Source of the DNA: Dickeya solani IPO 2222
GTDB lineage: Bacteria > Pseudomonadota > Gammaproteobacteria > Enterobacterales > Enterobacteriaceae
Assembly: GCF_001644705.1 (NCBI RefSeq)
Contig: NZ_CP015137.1
Span: 4,710,001 to 4,742,000, forward strand
Reading direction: 5' to 3'
DNA: 32,000 nucleotides
Each line of letters begins with the position of its first letter. Within the stretch, counting starts at the first letter, position 1. This document shows positions 1-9,873 of this stretch, piece after piece. The position numbers were made by a program, and so were the translations under genes. The notes below the pieces were generated by a model. The model was given only the letters and a program-made list of their open reading frames with translations. It did not search any database and was not told the DNA's origin.

Positions 1-361
1 CCTGCAGGCAGTCGCGGCTATATTCAGCCAGTCTGACCATGCGGGCTTTATTGACGCGATAATGCGCACTGTCGCAATTCAGCAGCATCTGCCACATCCA
101 GCGCAGCTGCGTGGCGGTAAAGTCCAGGCGAATCGCCAGTGGCGCATGCCGCTGAAACAGCCATTTGATCGCCTTGAGCGGAATGCCCGGCGCGGCCCAG
201 GGCGCGGAATAGCCTGGGGAAATCTGACCGGCGTTGGCGGCGCTGGTTTCCAGCGCGGGCTCGGCCTGCCGGTCAATGACGGTGACGTCATGTCCTGATT
301 GCGCCAGATACCAGGCGGTACTAACGCCGATAACACCACTCCCTAAAACAACCACCTTCAT
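1..361 (-). CDS. dadA: D-amino-acid dehydrogenase DadA, N-terminal ~120 codons; the rest lies left of the window
   Basis: The reverse complement of 1-361 translates [80 protein letters not shown]... This has the FAD GxGxxG start and is colinear with E. coli DadA from residue 1. The ATG is the complement of 359-361. It is absent from the ORF track because it is open at the window edge; the listed 62..298(+) and 79..339(-) ORFs are other frames. Confidence 0.9.
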   Translation of the reverse strand, partial: MKVVVLGSGVIGVSTAWYLAQSGHDVTVIDRQAEPALETSAANAGQISPGYSAPWAAPGIPLKAIKWLFQRHAPLAIRLDFTATQLRWMWQMLLNCDSAHYRVNKARMVRLAEYSRDCLQ

Positions 362-692
362 TATTGCTGTTCTCCCCACATACTCCGCTAATCCCGCGGA
401 ATATGCTGCATAACGCCGTAAACACCAAAATAAAAGGCTACTTTAGCATTTGGCCGCCAATTGTCATCTGTTGCAGATATAGCTTTTATTTATTATGAGA
501 GAGTGAACACGGCAACGTAGGATAAAGATCGGCAACGTGCCGCCGACAGTCGTCGCATCGGCATGCCATCCGATTTTCCACAGGGAGGCTTTATCCAAGC
601 TACCGATTTCACATCACTTTTCCCAAAGTAAGCTACGATTAAGTATGCCGGCGCAATGAGGTGGCGGCAGTTATATAGTGAGGGGTGCGCTG

Positions 693-2228
693 ATGGTTAT
701 ATCGACTGATGAGCGGGTAACGAGCCCACAACGTCTGAGTGACGGACCTGACTGGACATTCGATTTGCTGCAGGTCTATCTGGGTGAAATTGACCGGGTA
801 GCCAAACTCTATCGCCTGGAAACCTATCCTCACCAAATCGAGGTGATCACCTCTGAACAGATGATGGACGCCTATTCCAGCATCGGGATGCCCATCAACT
901 ATGCCCACTGGTCGTTCGGCAAGAAATTCATCGAAACCGAGCAACGTTACAAGCACGGTCAGCAAGGGCTGGCATACGAAATCGTCATCAACTCCAACCC
1001 CTGCATCGCCTACCTGATGGAAGAGAACACCATGCCGATGCAAGCGCTGGTGATGGCGCACGCCTGCTACGGCCACAACTCGTTCTTCAAGGGCAACTAC
1101 CTGTTTCGCAGTTGGACCGACGCCAGCTCAATTGTCGATTATCTGCTGTTCGCCCGTCAGTACATCGCTCAATGTGAAGAGCGCCACGGCGTTGACGAGG
1201 TGGAAAAGTTGCTCGACTCCTGCCACGCGTTGATGAATTACGGCGTGGATCGCTATAAACGACCGCAGAAAATCTCGCTGGAAGAGGAAAAACTACGTCA
1301 AAAAAGCCGCGAAGCCTATCTGCAAAGTCAGGTAAACGAACTCTGGCGTACGCTTCCCCGCCGCGAGCAGGAGACATCGCCGGAAAAAGCCCACCGCTTC
1401 CCGAATGAGCCGCAGGAAAACCTGCTCTATTTCATGGAGAAAAATGCTCCGCTGCTGGAACCCTGGCAGCGTGAAATCCTGCGTATCGTGCGTAAGATCA
1501 GTCAGTATTTTTACCCGCAAAAACAGACGCAGGTGATGAATGAAGGCTGGGCCACGTTCTGGCACTACAGCATCCTCAATCATCTCTATGACGAGGGAAA
1601 ACTGTCTGACCGCTTTATGCTGGAGTTTCTCCACAGCCACACTAACGTGGTCTACCAGCCGCCGTACAACAGCCCTTACTATAGTGGCATCAACCCGTAT
1701 GCGCTCGGCTTCGCCATGTTTCAGGACATCAAGCGTATTTGTCAGGAGCCGACGGAAGAAGACCGTTACTGGTTCCCGGACATCGCGGGCAAAGACTGGC
1801 TGGATACCCTGCACTTCGCGATGCAGAACTTTAAGGACGAGAGTTTCATCAGCCAGTTCCTGTCGCCCAAAGTAATGCGGGATTTCCGTCTGTTTACCGT
1901 ACTGGATGACGACAGTAATAATTATCTGGAGATCGCCGCCATCCACGATGAAAAAGGTTACCAAAAGATCCGCCAGGAGTTGTCTTCCCAGTACAACCTG
2001 AGCAACATCGAACCCAATATTCAGGTCTGGAATGTGGATTTACGCGGCAATCGCTCGCTGACCTTGCGCTATGTGCCGCAGAGTCGGGCGCCGCTGGACA
2101 AAAGCAGCCATGAGGTTATGAAGCACGTTTACCGTTTATGGGGATTTGATGTCACGCTGGAGCAAATGAATGAGGATGGTAGTGTCGAACTGATTGACCG
2201 CTGCCCGCCACGCAATGCTGCCCTATAG
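693..2228 (+). CDS. ycgB: SpoVR-family protein YcgB
   Basis: ORF 678..2228 is colinear end-to-end with E. coli YcgB (RLSDGPDWTFDLL, YPHQIEVITSEQMMDAYSS, NEGWATFWHY, LSPKVMRDFR). The track start at 678 is GTG. I prefer ATG 693 (MVISTDERV), which has GAGGGG at 679-684 upstream and gives an E. coli-like length of 511 aa. Confidence 0.9.
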   Translation: MVISTDERVTSPQRLSDGPDWTFDLLQVYLGEIDRVAKLYRLETYPHQIEVITSEQMMDAYSSIGMPINYAHWSFGKKFIETEQRYKHGQQGLAYEIVINSNPCIAYLMEENTMPMQALVMAHACYGHNSFFKGNYLFRSWTDASSIVDYLLFARQYIAQCEERHGVDEVEKLLDSCHALMNYGVDRYKRPQKISLEEEKLRQKSREAYLQSQVNELWRTLPRREQETSPEKAHRFPNEPQENLLYFMEKNAPLLEPWQREILRIVRKISQYFYPQKQTQVMNEGWATFWHYSILNHLYDEGKLSDRFMLEFLHSHTNVVYQPPYNSPYYSGINPYALGFAMFQDIKRICQEPTEEDRYWFPDIAGKDWLDTLHFAMQNFKDESFISQFLSPKVMRDFRLFTVLDDDSNNYLEIAAIHDEKGYQKIRQELSSQYNLSNIEPNIQVWNVDLRGNRSLTLRYVPQSRAPLDKSSHEVMKHVYRLWGFDVTLEQMNEDGSVELIDRCPPRNAAL

Positions 2229-2245
2229 CACCTGGGTAGAACACA

Positions 2246-2282
2246 AGAAAAACGGGTAGCTGAGATGGCTACCCGTTTTTTA
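2246..2282. terminator. Bidirectional rho-independent terminator between convergent ycgB and fadR
   Basis: AACGGGTAGC (2251-2260) pairs perfectly with GCTACCCGTT (2268-2277), giving a 10-bp stem and 7-nt loop. An A-run lies upstream and a T-run (2276-2281) downstream, so it reads as a terminator on both strands. Confidence 0.75.
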
Positions 2283-2333
2283 TCAACCAAATTCTTTATA
2301 AGCCAGTTTTTTATAAACCAGACGTTTTATCAA

Positions 2334-3053
2334 CTAACCGCGGCCTTCGGCCAGATCACGCGGGATGGCGTTCTGCATGCTGTGCCACAGCGCCCCGCTC
2401 TCTTTGCCGTATTGGCGAATCACGTCGGGAACCTGCTCATACAGCCCGTCATTGCCCAGCGACTCCAGACGGCGATAGAACGCCAGCGCTGTTGTGCGAG
2501 CTTCCGGATTGGAGAAGTAGTAACGCCCAACGCGGATATACAACCCCTTCAGCCCGTTGATAATCAGACCGTAAATCGGGTTGCCGGAGGCGAACGCCAA
2601 TCCGCGGAACACGTTGTAATCCAGTTCGGCGTAAGCATCCGACGTGTCTTTAACTGATTCAGTCAGCTTAAGTATTTCTACCGACTTAGCCGGATGCAGA
2701 CGAATCGCGGTGCGAATGAAAATCCCGGCGATATTGGTGCGCACCGCCAGTAGGTTGTCAATCAATTGGGGAACGCTGTCGTGATCAAGCCGGGCCAGCG
2801 TTTCAAGGATATTCAGCCCGGACGTTTCCCAAAAGTTATTGATTTTGGTCGGTTTACCGTGCTGAATCGTTAGCCATCCATCACGGGACAGGCGCTGAAG
2901 CACCTCGCGCAACGTCGTGCGCGTAACCCCGATCAATTCGGACAATTCCCGTTCTGCCGGCAGAATGGATCCCGGAGGAAAACGATTATTCCATATACTT
3001 TCAATAATGTACTCTTCCGCGAATCCCGCCGGACTTTGCGCCTTTATAACCAT
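2334..3053 (-). CDS. fadR: Fatty-acid metabolism regulator FadR (GntR family)
   Basis: The 239-aa [58 protein letters not shown]... is essentially colinear with E. coli FadR and has the same length. Confidence 0.95.
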   Translation of the reverse strand: MVIKAQSPAGFAEEYIIESIWNNRFPPGSILPAERELSELIGVTRTTLREVLQRLSRDGWLTIQHGKPTKINNFWETSGLNILETLARLDHDSVPQLIDNLLAVRTNIAGIFIRTAIRLHPAKSVEILKLTESVKDTSDAYAELDYNVFRGLAFASGNPIYGLIINGLKGLYIRVGRYYFSNPEARTTALAFYRRLESLGNDGLYEQVPDVIRQYGKESGALWHSMQNAIPRDLAEGRG

Positions 3054-3282
3054 AAGTTTATATTCCGTAGCGATGTTTACTAGTGAAAGTCAACATCATC
3101 ATACCAAACGAACCCTACATCACATAGCATAGCAGGACCTGAAAATCTTAATTCGATATAAAAACTGTGATTAAAGACAATTCCTTCCAGACAAATGCGA
3201 ATATGCCCCGCTTTACGGTAATTTTCTTTAAACACACATCGATTGTTAAATTAAATTAACGTTAAAGAAGAAAGCCAACGGT

Positions 3283-4034
3283 GCGGGATCCGCCACTTCA
3301 ACTGCGCTCTTCTGAAAAACGCGCCTGACAACATTCCGAATTGATACAAGCCAGCTATTCTATTATTTCTAATTATCAATCACCTGCTGTTCTTTCTGGT
3401 CAACGCGGGTCAACACATTTACCGCCGACGGGTCATCGGATTTACTTTCACTCCAGGCATGTCCTGAAATGTAACCGGTCATAACACGGCGGATTTACTG
3501 GCGCCGGGGGCTATTTTCACTGGCATGACCAGCTCAGATCAAGTATGGCATGACGTTGCCAATAATATTAAAGTTTTGTCACTGCTGGTTTCCATGATAA
3601 TGGGAATTGAGTTTATCAAACAGCTATTGCCGTTCATGTTTACCGCCAGCTGCCGGATATCCGTCCCACATCGGGCGATTACCGGTTTTTGGACAGCGCG
3701 GGGGCATTTTCACTTTTTCTGATTCCCTGCCACCGCGACAATCATTTCTCGGTACCCTATTTGGCTTTTTCCGCTATTTATCATCGTGTTGTGCTATCAG
3801 AAGATGATGTGGATACTTCATTGATCAATACCGTCATGCACCAGCATAAATCGTGTATAGTAGGGGCGGATTTCGCCATGAAACTGGCGATCCCTCATAG
3901 AAAGCGTTAAAAACAGCAGGGTATTTGTTGGCACAGCAGAATCTCCTCAGGCACTGATGCAGATTCCGGGCGGTACAGGCGTCATCGACGCCCCCGCAAG
4001 AAACGTCAGTTCATCCGGATCAGAGATTCAATGA
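3283..4034 (+). pseudogene. nhaB: Decayed Na+/H+ antiporter gene nhaB (nonsense codons, frameshift, large internal deletion, no start codon)
   Basis: Reading frame 0 from about 3283 gives GIRHFNCALLKNAPDNIPN*YKPAILLFLIINHLLFFL...[45 protein letters not shown]. This is colinear with the E. coli NhaB N-terminus ([35 protein letters not shown]...[45 protein letters not shown]). There are in-frame TGA codons at 3342-3344 (at the Trp of DWYK) and 3465-3467, and a stop at 3720-3722. Similarity then continues in another frame (3689..3910: AGAFSLFL...LAFSAIYHRVVLSEDDVDTSL versus AAAFLSAFL...[21 protein letters not shown]). It then jumps to a far C-terminal motif (3918-3935 RVFVGT versus NhaB DNVFVGT). 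About 750 bp remain of a gene that is about 1.5 kb when intact. The position between fadR and dsbB matches K-12 synteny. Confidence 0.75.
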
Positions 4035-4092
4035 GGGCAGCGAGCACGGTTATCACTGCCCATACTATCGTTTTTAGCATGGAATATTTTTT

Positions 4093-4623
4093 ATGTTGCG
4101 ATTTTTGAACCGTTGCTCCCGTGGTCGGGGCGCCTGGCTTTTGATGGCGTTCACGGCACTGGTTTTTGAACTGATTGCTCTCTATTTCCAGTACTCAATG
4201 ATGCTTAAACCCTGCGTACTGTGCATCTATCAGCGGGCCGCGCTCTACGGCGTGATGGCCGCTGGTCTGGTGGGCGCCATCGCCCCCGGTACACTGCTGC
4301 GCTATCCGGCAATCGGATTATGGATTTACAGTGCCTGGGAAGGACTGTCGCTGGCCATCAAACACACTAATATCCAGTTGCACCCGTCGCCGTTCGTCAC
4401 CTGCGACTTTTTTGTCAGTTTTCCGTCCTGGTTGCCGCTGGACAAATGGCTGCCGGCGATTTTCACCGCGACCGGCGACTGCGCCGAGCGCCAGTGGAGT
4501 TTCCTGAGTCTGGAAATGCCGCAGTGGATGATCGTGATTTTCGGTGCCTATCTGCTGGTCGCCGCGCTGGTGCTGATTGCCCAGCCTTTCCGCCCCAAAC
4601 GCCGCGACCTGTTCGGTCGCTAA
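4093..4623 (+). CDS. dsbB: Disulfide bond formation protein B (DsbB)
   Basis: The 176-aa [51 protein letters not shown]...KRRDLFGR is colinear with E. coli DsbB and has the same length. Both Cys pairs are retained (CVLC, and C...C in the second loop). Confidence 0.95.
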   Translation: MLRFLNRCSRGRGAWLLMAFTALVFELIALYFQYSMMLKPCVLCIYQRAALYGVMAAGLVGAIAPGTLLRYPAIGLWIYSAWEGLSLAIKHTNIQLHPSPFVTCDFFVSFPSWLPLDKWLPAIFTATGDCAERQWSFLSLEMPQWMIVIFGAYLLVAALVLIAQPFRPKRRDLFGR

Positions 4624-4633
4624 AGGCGCGCTG

Positions 4634-4663
4634 AACCGGGTCAGGCCATCGCCGGCCCGGTTT
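4634..4663 (+). terminator. Probable dsbB terminator hairpin
   Basis: AACCGGGTC (4634-4642) pairs with GGCCCGGTT (4654-4662). The stem has 7 Watson-Crick bp plus G-U and C-G pairs, and is followed by a short T-run. It begins 11 nt after the dsbB stop. Confidence 0.45.
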
Positions 4664-4820
4664 AATAGTTATCGATACCATCCGCTAAAAACAGCAAAAC
4701 TGAGCGAATCAAACTTTAAATCCGATCGGTTCGTTTATTGAAAAGCTATTGAAAGGCCGCCAGCGTCCGCCGTGGTGATAAGACCGTCATGCCAAGTACA
4801 ACGCTGGATTATTAAATAAA

Positions 4821-5267
4821 TTATCTGGCCCACTCCGGTTTGTTCAAAATATGGTCCTGCCAATCCATCACATCACTTTCACGCACGGCGATGTTGCGCA
4901 CCGAGATCCTTTGTTGATGCATCGCCGCTTTAGAGCCCGACAACAACGGGTGCCACGGTTGCAACCCTTTCCCTTCATGTATCAGCCGGTAAGCGCAGGT
5001 TTCGGGCAACCAATCGAACGACAACAGGTTTTCCCGCGTCAGCTTGATGCAATCCGGCTCGTACTCAAACCGGCGCGCATAGTTACGGCACTGGCAGCTT
5101 TTGATATTCAACTGATTACAGGCCACATTGGTGAAATAGAGTTCGTCCGTGTCTTCATCGATCAGCTTGTGCAAACAGCAACGCCCGCAGCCGTCACAAA
5201 GCGCTTCCCACTCGTCGTCCGACATTTGCTCCAGGGTTTGGGTTTCCCAAAAGGGTTTTTGAGTCAT
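4821..5267 (-). CDS. ycgN: YcgN (UPF0260) cysteine-cluster protein
   Basis: The ORF track gives 4821..5366 (181 aa). Homology with E. coli YcgN (about 150 aa; ...[30 protein letters not shown]...) begins at the internal Met ([35 protein letters not shown]), whose ATG is the complement of 5265-5267. The N-terminal 33 codons of the track ORF have no counterpart. Confidence 0.85.
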   Translation of the reverse strand: MTQKPFWETQTLEQMSDDEWEALCDGCGRCCLHKLIDEDTDELYFTNVACNQLNIKSCQCRNYARRFEYEPDCIKLTRENLLSFDWLPETCAYRLIHEGKGLQPWHPLLSGSKAAMHQQRISVRNIAVRESDVMDWQDHILNKPEWAR

Positions 5268-5371
5268 AACTACAATTCCGATGATGATAAACAGGGCGTC
5301 TGACTGTGTATTGTAAAGGGGGATGAGGCGGGATACCACCCGCGGCAACGCCGCGAGCGGTAACAAAATAC

Positions 5372-6028
5372 TCAGATAACGTGGCTTGTCAGCGTGCGCT
5401 CGTTGAGCGTAATGGTTAACGCATCGCCCGGCTGCAGCGGCCCCACGCCTTGCGGCGTACCGGTCAGGATGATGTCGCCAGCACGCAGGGTAAAAAAGCG
5501 GCTCATGTAGGCGATCAACGGCAGAATAGGCGTGATCATGTCGCGGGTATTGCCCTGCTGGCGCACCTCGCCATTGATGCTGATGCCCAGTTCCGCCTGC
5601 TGCGGATCGCCAAATTCAGCCACCGGGATAAACCCGGATACCGGACAGGAACCATCGAACCCTTTGGCTTTTTCCCACGGTTGTCCGGCTTTCTTGAACC
5701 CGGCCTGTAAATCGCGCAGCGTCAGATCCAGCGCCACGCCGTAACCGGCAATCGCCCTGGCGACCCGCTCTTCATTAGCCTGCTTGAGCGGTGTGCCGAT
5801 CAACACCGCCAGTTCAACCTCGTGGTGTACCGAACCCAGTTCTTTAGGAATAGCCACCGGCTGACGCAAATCGCACAACGCGGTTTCAGGCTTGATGAAC
5901 AGAACCGGTTCCGCCGATTTGGCGCTGCCCATTTCACGAATGTGCTCGGAATAGTTGCTGCCGACGCAAACCACTTTGTTAACCGGAAAATCCAGTAATG
6001 CGCCCTGCCAGTCTCTGTGTTGATACAT
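5372..6028 (-). CDS. ycgM: Fumarylacetoacetate-hydrolase (FAH) family protein YcgM
   Basis: The 218-aa [39 protein letters not shown]...[20 protein letters not shown] is colinear with E. coli YcgM. Confidence 0.9.
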   Translation of the reverse strand: MYQHRDWQGALLDFPVNKVVCVGSNYSEHIREMGSAKSAEPVLFIKPETALCDLRQPVAIPKELGSVHHEVELAVLIGTPLKQANEERVARAIAGYGVALDLTLRDLQAGFKKAGQPWEKAKGFDGSCPVSGFIPVAEFGDPQQAELGISINGEVRQQGNTRDMITPILPLIAYMSRFFTLRAGDIILTGTPQGVGPLQPGDALTITLNERTLTSHVI

Positions 6029-6404
6029 GTACCCTCTCCTGACCTTTCTGTTAGCGGATGGCGCCTGCCCGTCATGGCAGACTCGGCCTGCCCATCATAC
6101 CGGCATCGCCATCAAAAAAGTAAGCGCAATTGATGAACAACAGTATCCAGAATTTATCATAACCCCCGCGCTGTCTTTTGCGACCGCCATCAATACGCCA
6201 GACAAAGAAAGGAATTGCGCGGGGTGGATGAAAGTTCGTTTATTTAATCGCGGCGACGAATATACCTGTATATAAATCAGTATCGGGAAAATAGCATCAG
6301 CAGGATTAAACCATTGCCCGGTTTATTTCTGACACCCCTGTATTAAAAAACAGCGGCCAATTCCCGTCGCGGCATCAAACATTATCTGAAAAATAATTCG
6401 GGTA

Positions 6405-6677
6405 TTATTTTTTTACACTTGCCTGCAGTTCATCCAATAGATTTTCCGGCGGCGGCGGCAATTGCAGATAAAAACCCTGCTCGATAAGCATCTGTTTTAC
6501 CTTATCAATATCTGCTGACACCAGTTTCTTCCTGCCATCAAGCGGTAATATCATCACCAAATGCGGCAGACCGAAACTTTTCATCAGTTCATCAGGCACG
6601 CGGGAAAAATCGTCTTTTTTTTCGACATAGAGATATGTTTGATCGCGTTTGGAACTTCTGTAGATCACACAATACAT
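6405..6677 (-). CDS. ycgL: YcgL-domain protein
   Basis: The 90-aa [39 protein letters not shown]...[10 protein letters not shown]...[13 protein letters not shown] is nearly identical to the E. coli YcgL core. Confidence 0.9.
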   Translation of the reverse strand: MYCVIYRSSKRDQTYLYVEKKDDFSRVPDELMKSFGLPHLVMILPLDGRKKLVSADIDKVKQMLIEQGFYLQLPPPPENLLDELQASVKK

Positions 6678-6813
6678 GTTTTTTACTCTGAACTAGGGGA
6701 ATGGTGTCTTGCCTGTATTTTCATGTGACTATAACATGCTTGAAGCGCTCTGGAATATCATGCCTTAAATGCTACTCTGGGGATTTAAAGATGCTGAAAC
6801 TGAGTCAGGACAG

Positions 6814-7512
6814 ATGTCACAAACGCCAATTGAGTTGAAAGGCAGCAACTTTACCTTATCCGTTGTTCATCTGCATGATGCGCAGCCCGATATTATTCAC
6901 CAGGCCCTGCAGGAAAAGATTGAACAGGCGCCGGCGTTTCTTAAAAACGCGCCGGTAGTCGTCAATGTTTCGGCCCTGCCCGTTGACGCTGACTGGATTG
7001 AGCTCCAGCAGGCGATTACCGCCGCCGGTCTGCGGGTCGTGGGGGTAAGCGGGTGCGATGATGAGCAACTCAGGCTATCTATCGCCAAAGCGGGGCTCCC
7101 GCTATTACTTGAAGGTAAATTACGCGAAGGCAAGGAACGCCGGGCGGCTCAACCTCCGGCGCCGGTCGCTGTGCCGGTTAAAACTCGGGTGATCAATACA
7201 CCCGTTCGTTCCGGACAGCAAATTTACGCCCGCGACTGTGACCTTATCGTTACCAGCAATGTTAGCGCCGGTGCCGAGGTCATTGCCGACGGCAATATCC
7301 ATATTTACGGCATGATGCGCGGCCGCGCGCTGGCGGGGGTCTCTGGCGATGTCAGCAGCCAGATCTTCTGCACCCATCTGGCCGCCGAGTTGGTGTCTAT
7401 CGCCGGGCGTTACTGGCTCAGCGAACAGATACCGGAAAACTATTTCGGGAAGGCGGCGCGCCTGAAACTCAGTCCGCCCGACCATGTTCTGACCATACAA
7501 CCTCTAGACTAG
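6814..7512 (+). CDS. minC: Septum site-determining protein MinC
   Basis: The track ORF starts at 6769. E. coli MinC ([21 protein letters not shown]...) aligns from the internal ATG at 6814 ([21 protein letters not shown]), which has AGGA at 6807-6810 upstream. The C-terminal [16 protein letters not shown] motif is present. Confidence 0.9.
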   Translation: MSQTPIELKGSNFTLSVVHLHDAQPDIIHQALQEKIEQAPAFLKNAPVVVNVSALPVDADWIELQQAITAAGLRVVGVSGCDDEQLRLSIAKAGLPLLLEGKLREGKERRAAQPPAPVAVPVKTRVINTPVRSGQQIYARDCDLIVTSNVSAGAEVIADGNIHIYGMMRGRALAGVSGDVSSQIFCTHLAAELVSIAGRYWLSEQIPENYFGKAARLKLSPPDHVLTIQPLD

Positions 7513-7532
7513 GCCCTTGAAAGGAATTATTT

Positions 7533-8345
7533 ATGGCACGCATCATTGTTGTTACTTCAGGTAAAGGGGGCGTTGGCAAGACCACTTCAAGCGCGGCCAT
7601 TGCTACCGGTTTAGCCCAAAAAGGTAAGAAGACGGTTGTCATCGACTTTGACATCGGTCTGCGTAACCTCGACCTGATCATGGGATGTGAGCGTCGGGTC
7701 GTGTATGACTTTGTGAATGTCATCCAGAACGACGCCACCCTGAATCAGGCGCTGATAAAAGATAAGCGTACCGAAAATCTGTATATCCTGCCGGCGTCGC
7801 AGACCCGTGATAAAGAAGCCCTGACCCGCGAAGGCGTGGACAAGGTGCTCAATGATCTGGCCGACATGGCGTTCGATTTCATTATCTGCGACTCCCCCGC
7901 CGGTATTGAAACCGGTGCGCTGATGGCGCTTTACTTCGCGGATGAAGCCATCATCACCACCAACCCGGAAGTGTCGTCAGTACGCGACTCCGACCGTATC
8001 CTGGGGATTCTGTCCTCCAAGTCACGCCGCGCCGAACAGAGCCAGGAGCCGATCAAGGAGCATTTGCTGCTCACCCGTTACAATCCGGGCCGCGTCAACC
8101 GCGGCGACATGCTGAGCATGGAGGACGTGCTGGAAATTCTGCGCATCCCGCTGGTCGGCGTGATCCCAGAAGATCAGTCGGTACTGCGTGCATCCAATCA
8201 GGGCGAACCGGTAATCCTGGACAAAGACGCCGATGCGGGCAAAGCCTATGAGGACACCGTGGATCGTCTGTTGGGAGAAGAACGGCCTTACCGTTTTATC
8301 GAGGAAGAGAAGAAAAGCTTCCTGAAACGACTCTTTGGGGGGTAA
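7533..8345 (+). CDS. minD: Septum site-determining ATPase MinD
   Basis: The 270-aa ORF MARIIVVTSGKGGVGKTTSSAAIATGLAQKGKKTVVIDFDIGLRNLDL... has the deviant Walker A motif and the same length as E. coli MinD. Confidence 0.97.
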   Translation: MARIIVVTSGKGGVGKTTSSAAIATGLAQKGKKTVVIDFDIGLRNLDLIMGCERRVVYDFVNVIQNDATLNQALIKDKRTENLYILPASQTRDKEALTREGVDKVLNDLADMAFDFIICDSPAGIETGALMALYFADEAIITTNPEVSSVRDSDRILGILSSKSRRAEQSQEPIKEHLLLTRYNPGRVNRGDMLSMEDVLEILRIPLVGVIPEDQSVLRASNQGEPVILDKDADAGKAYEDTVDRLLGEERPYRFIEEEKKSFLKRLFGG

Positions 8346-8348
8346 ATC

Positions 8349-8630
8349 ATGGCGTTACTCGATTTCTTTTTGTCCCGCAAAAAAACGACAGCCAATATCG
8401 CCAAGGAACGGCTACAGATTATTGTCGCGGAGCGACGCCGTGGGGACAACGAACCACATTACCTGCCGCAGCTGAAACGCGACATTCTGGAAGTCATCTG
8501 CAAATACGTGCAGATTGACCCGGAAATGGTGACAGTACAGTTGGAGCAAAAAGGCGACGACATTTCCGTGCTGGAACTGAACGTTACCTTACCGGAAGCC
8601 GACGAGCCCACGACGCCCGCCGACAAATAA
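8349..8630 (+). CDS. minE: Cell-division topological specificity factor MinE
   Basis: [69 protein letters not shown]... is colinear with E. coli MinE. The gene starts 3 nt after the minD stop, consistent with an operon. Confidence 0.95.
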   Translation: MALLDFFLSRKKTTANIAKERLQIIVAERRRGDNEPHYLPQLKRDILEVICKYVQIDPEMVTVQLEQKGDDISVLELNVTLPEADEPTTPADK

Positions 8631-8669
8631 TCACCGTTTCCCCTGCGCCAGCAGGAAACGGTTTTGACC

Positions 8670-8693
8670 ACCGCCCTTGTCTGCAAGGGCGGT
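8670..8693. terminator. GC-rich hairpin in the convergent minE / rnd gap
   Basis: ACCGCCCTTG (8670-8679) pairs perfectly with CAAGGGCGGT (8684-8693), giving a 10-bp stem with a TCTG loop. There is no clear U-tract on either strand, so terminator function is inferred from position only. Confidence 0.4.
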
Positions 8694-8702
8694 ATGTCAA
8701 TA

Positions 8703-9824
8703 TCAGTAATGCGCCAGAATGTCTTTCAGACCTTGTCCAAACAGGCGGCCACGCCAGCCAGTTACCATTTCCGGTTCATTTTCCGGCAACGTCAGTTTCC
8801 AGTGCCAGTTCAGCAATCGGTTAATCTGCCGACGGGATGCCAGTAATTCAGCCGACAATCCACTGTGTTCCGCACACTGCTGCACCAACGCCTTGATGTC
8901 ACGAAACGCTTTCTTATAACCGGGATAGTCGATCAGATTGACCACCGGCGGCGGATAATCCGCTTCGCTCAGCGACGTGGTTTCCGCTACCAGCGCCAGC
9001 AGGGTCTTGCCATGATAACGAATTTCCGGCCCGCTTAGCCCCAGCGAATCCAACTCCCCAAGCGAGCCCGGTAAACAGCGGGCCACTTGCCACAGGTTTT
9101 CTTCCCGGACAATGAAATTGACCGCGCTGTCGCGCTCCCGCGCCTTGCGAAGGCGCCACGCCGCCAGTTTCTGCAGACAGGCCAGATGACGGCCGCGCAG
9201 TTGCCAGGCATTGCCGATCTCCCGATACGCCAATTCCGGCGCCAGCACGTCCTGACGGCGCTGACACAGTAACAGGCACTCATCCAGCGCCGCTTCCAGC
9301 CAACCTGCCGTACGGGTTTCCTCCACCAGCGTTCTGGCTACCGGCAGCAGATAGAACACGTCGGCCGCGGCGTACTGGCACTGTTTTTCGCTGAGCGGAC
9401 GTGCCAGCCAGTCGGTGCGGGATTCGCTTTTATCCAACGCCACCTGGCGGTAATCGGCTACCAGCGCAGCAAAACCATAGGATAACGGCTTACCCAGAAA
9501 CGCCGCCAGAATCTGGGTATCGATAAACGGCGACGGCAGGCAGCCGAACGCGTTCAGAAACACCTCCAAGTCTTCGCTGCTGGCATGCAGAAACTTGGTC
9601 ACCTGCGGGTTCTGCAACAGCGCGCGAAACGGCGCCCAGTCACGGATCGCCAACGGGTCGATCAGCGACAGATTGTCACCGTCATACAACTGGATCAGCC
9701 CCAGTTGTGGGTAATAAGTACGGGTCCGGACAAATTCGGTGTCCAGCGCTACCTCGGACACCGCGCACGCCTGCGCGCACACCGCTGATAATCCTTCATC
9801 GGTAGTAATCAACTGATAATTCAA
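8703..9824 (-). CDS. rnd: Ribonuclease D
   Basis: The track ORF is 8703..9896 (397 aa). E. coli RNase D (MNYQMITTDDALASLCEAV...) aligns from LNYQLITTDEGLSAVCAQA. The Leu codon is TTG (complement of 9822-9824), matching the UUG initiation codon known for E. coli rnd and giving 373 aa. The DEDD motifs (ALDTEFVR, HASSEDLEV, YAAADV) are present. The start is less certain than the stop. Confidence 0.85.
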   Translation of the reverse strand: MNYQLITTDEGLSAVCAQACAVSEVALDTEFVRTRTYYPQLGLIQLYDGDNLSLIDPLAIRDWAPFRALLQNPQVTKFLHASSEDLEVFLNAFGCLPSPFIDTQILAAFLGKPLSYGFAALVADYRQVALDKSESRTDWLARPLSEKQCQYAAADVFYLLPVARTLVEETRTAGWLEAALDECLLLCQRRQDVLAPELAYREIGNAWQLRGRHLACLQKLAAWRLRKARERDSAVNFIVREENLWQVARCLPGSLGELDSLGLSGPEIRYHGKTLLALVAETTSLSEADYPPPVVNLIDYPGYKKAFRDIKALVQQCAEHSGLSAELLASRRQINRLLNWHWKLTLPENEPEMVTGWRGRLFGQGLKDILAHY

Positions 9825-9844
9825 AACGGTATTCTCTTGGTTGC

Positions 9845-9873
9845 GCCCCGGTGCGGCCAGCCGCGACCGGGGC
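9845..9873 (-). promoter_or_regulatory. Strong GC hairpin in the rnd 5' leader, downstream of fadD
   Basis: GCCCCGGTGCGG (9845-9856) pairs with CCGC(G)ACCGGGGC (9861-9873), giving a 12-bp stem with one bulged G and a CCAG loop. It lies 21 nt upstream of the proposed TTG start of rnd. E. coli rnd also has a leader stem-loop between the promoter and its UUG start. It could alternatively be the fadD 3' hairpin. Confidence 0.4.

Noticed and set aside
451-466. Sigma-54-like TGGCCGCCAATTGTCA upstream of ycgB.
   Set aside because: The GG-N10-GC spacing rule is not met: the -12 element reads TTGT with a spacing one nt short. I treat it as chance.
3525-3910. Three overlapping 65-73-aa ORFs (3525..3722, 3607..3807, 3689..3910) that could be taken as small genes.
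   Set aside because: Two of them are frame-shifted fragments of the nhaB pseudogene ([18 protein letters not shown]... and ...AIYHRVVLSEDDVDT... align to consecutive parts of NhaB). The third is an overlapping shadow frame.
6027-6275. 82-aa ORF in the ycgM / ycgL intergenic region.
   Set aside because: Its ATG overlaps the ycgM start codon region on the opposite strand. It has no SD and no recognisable similarity. The region is more simply the ycgM promoter and ycgL 3' region.
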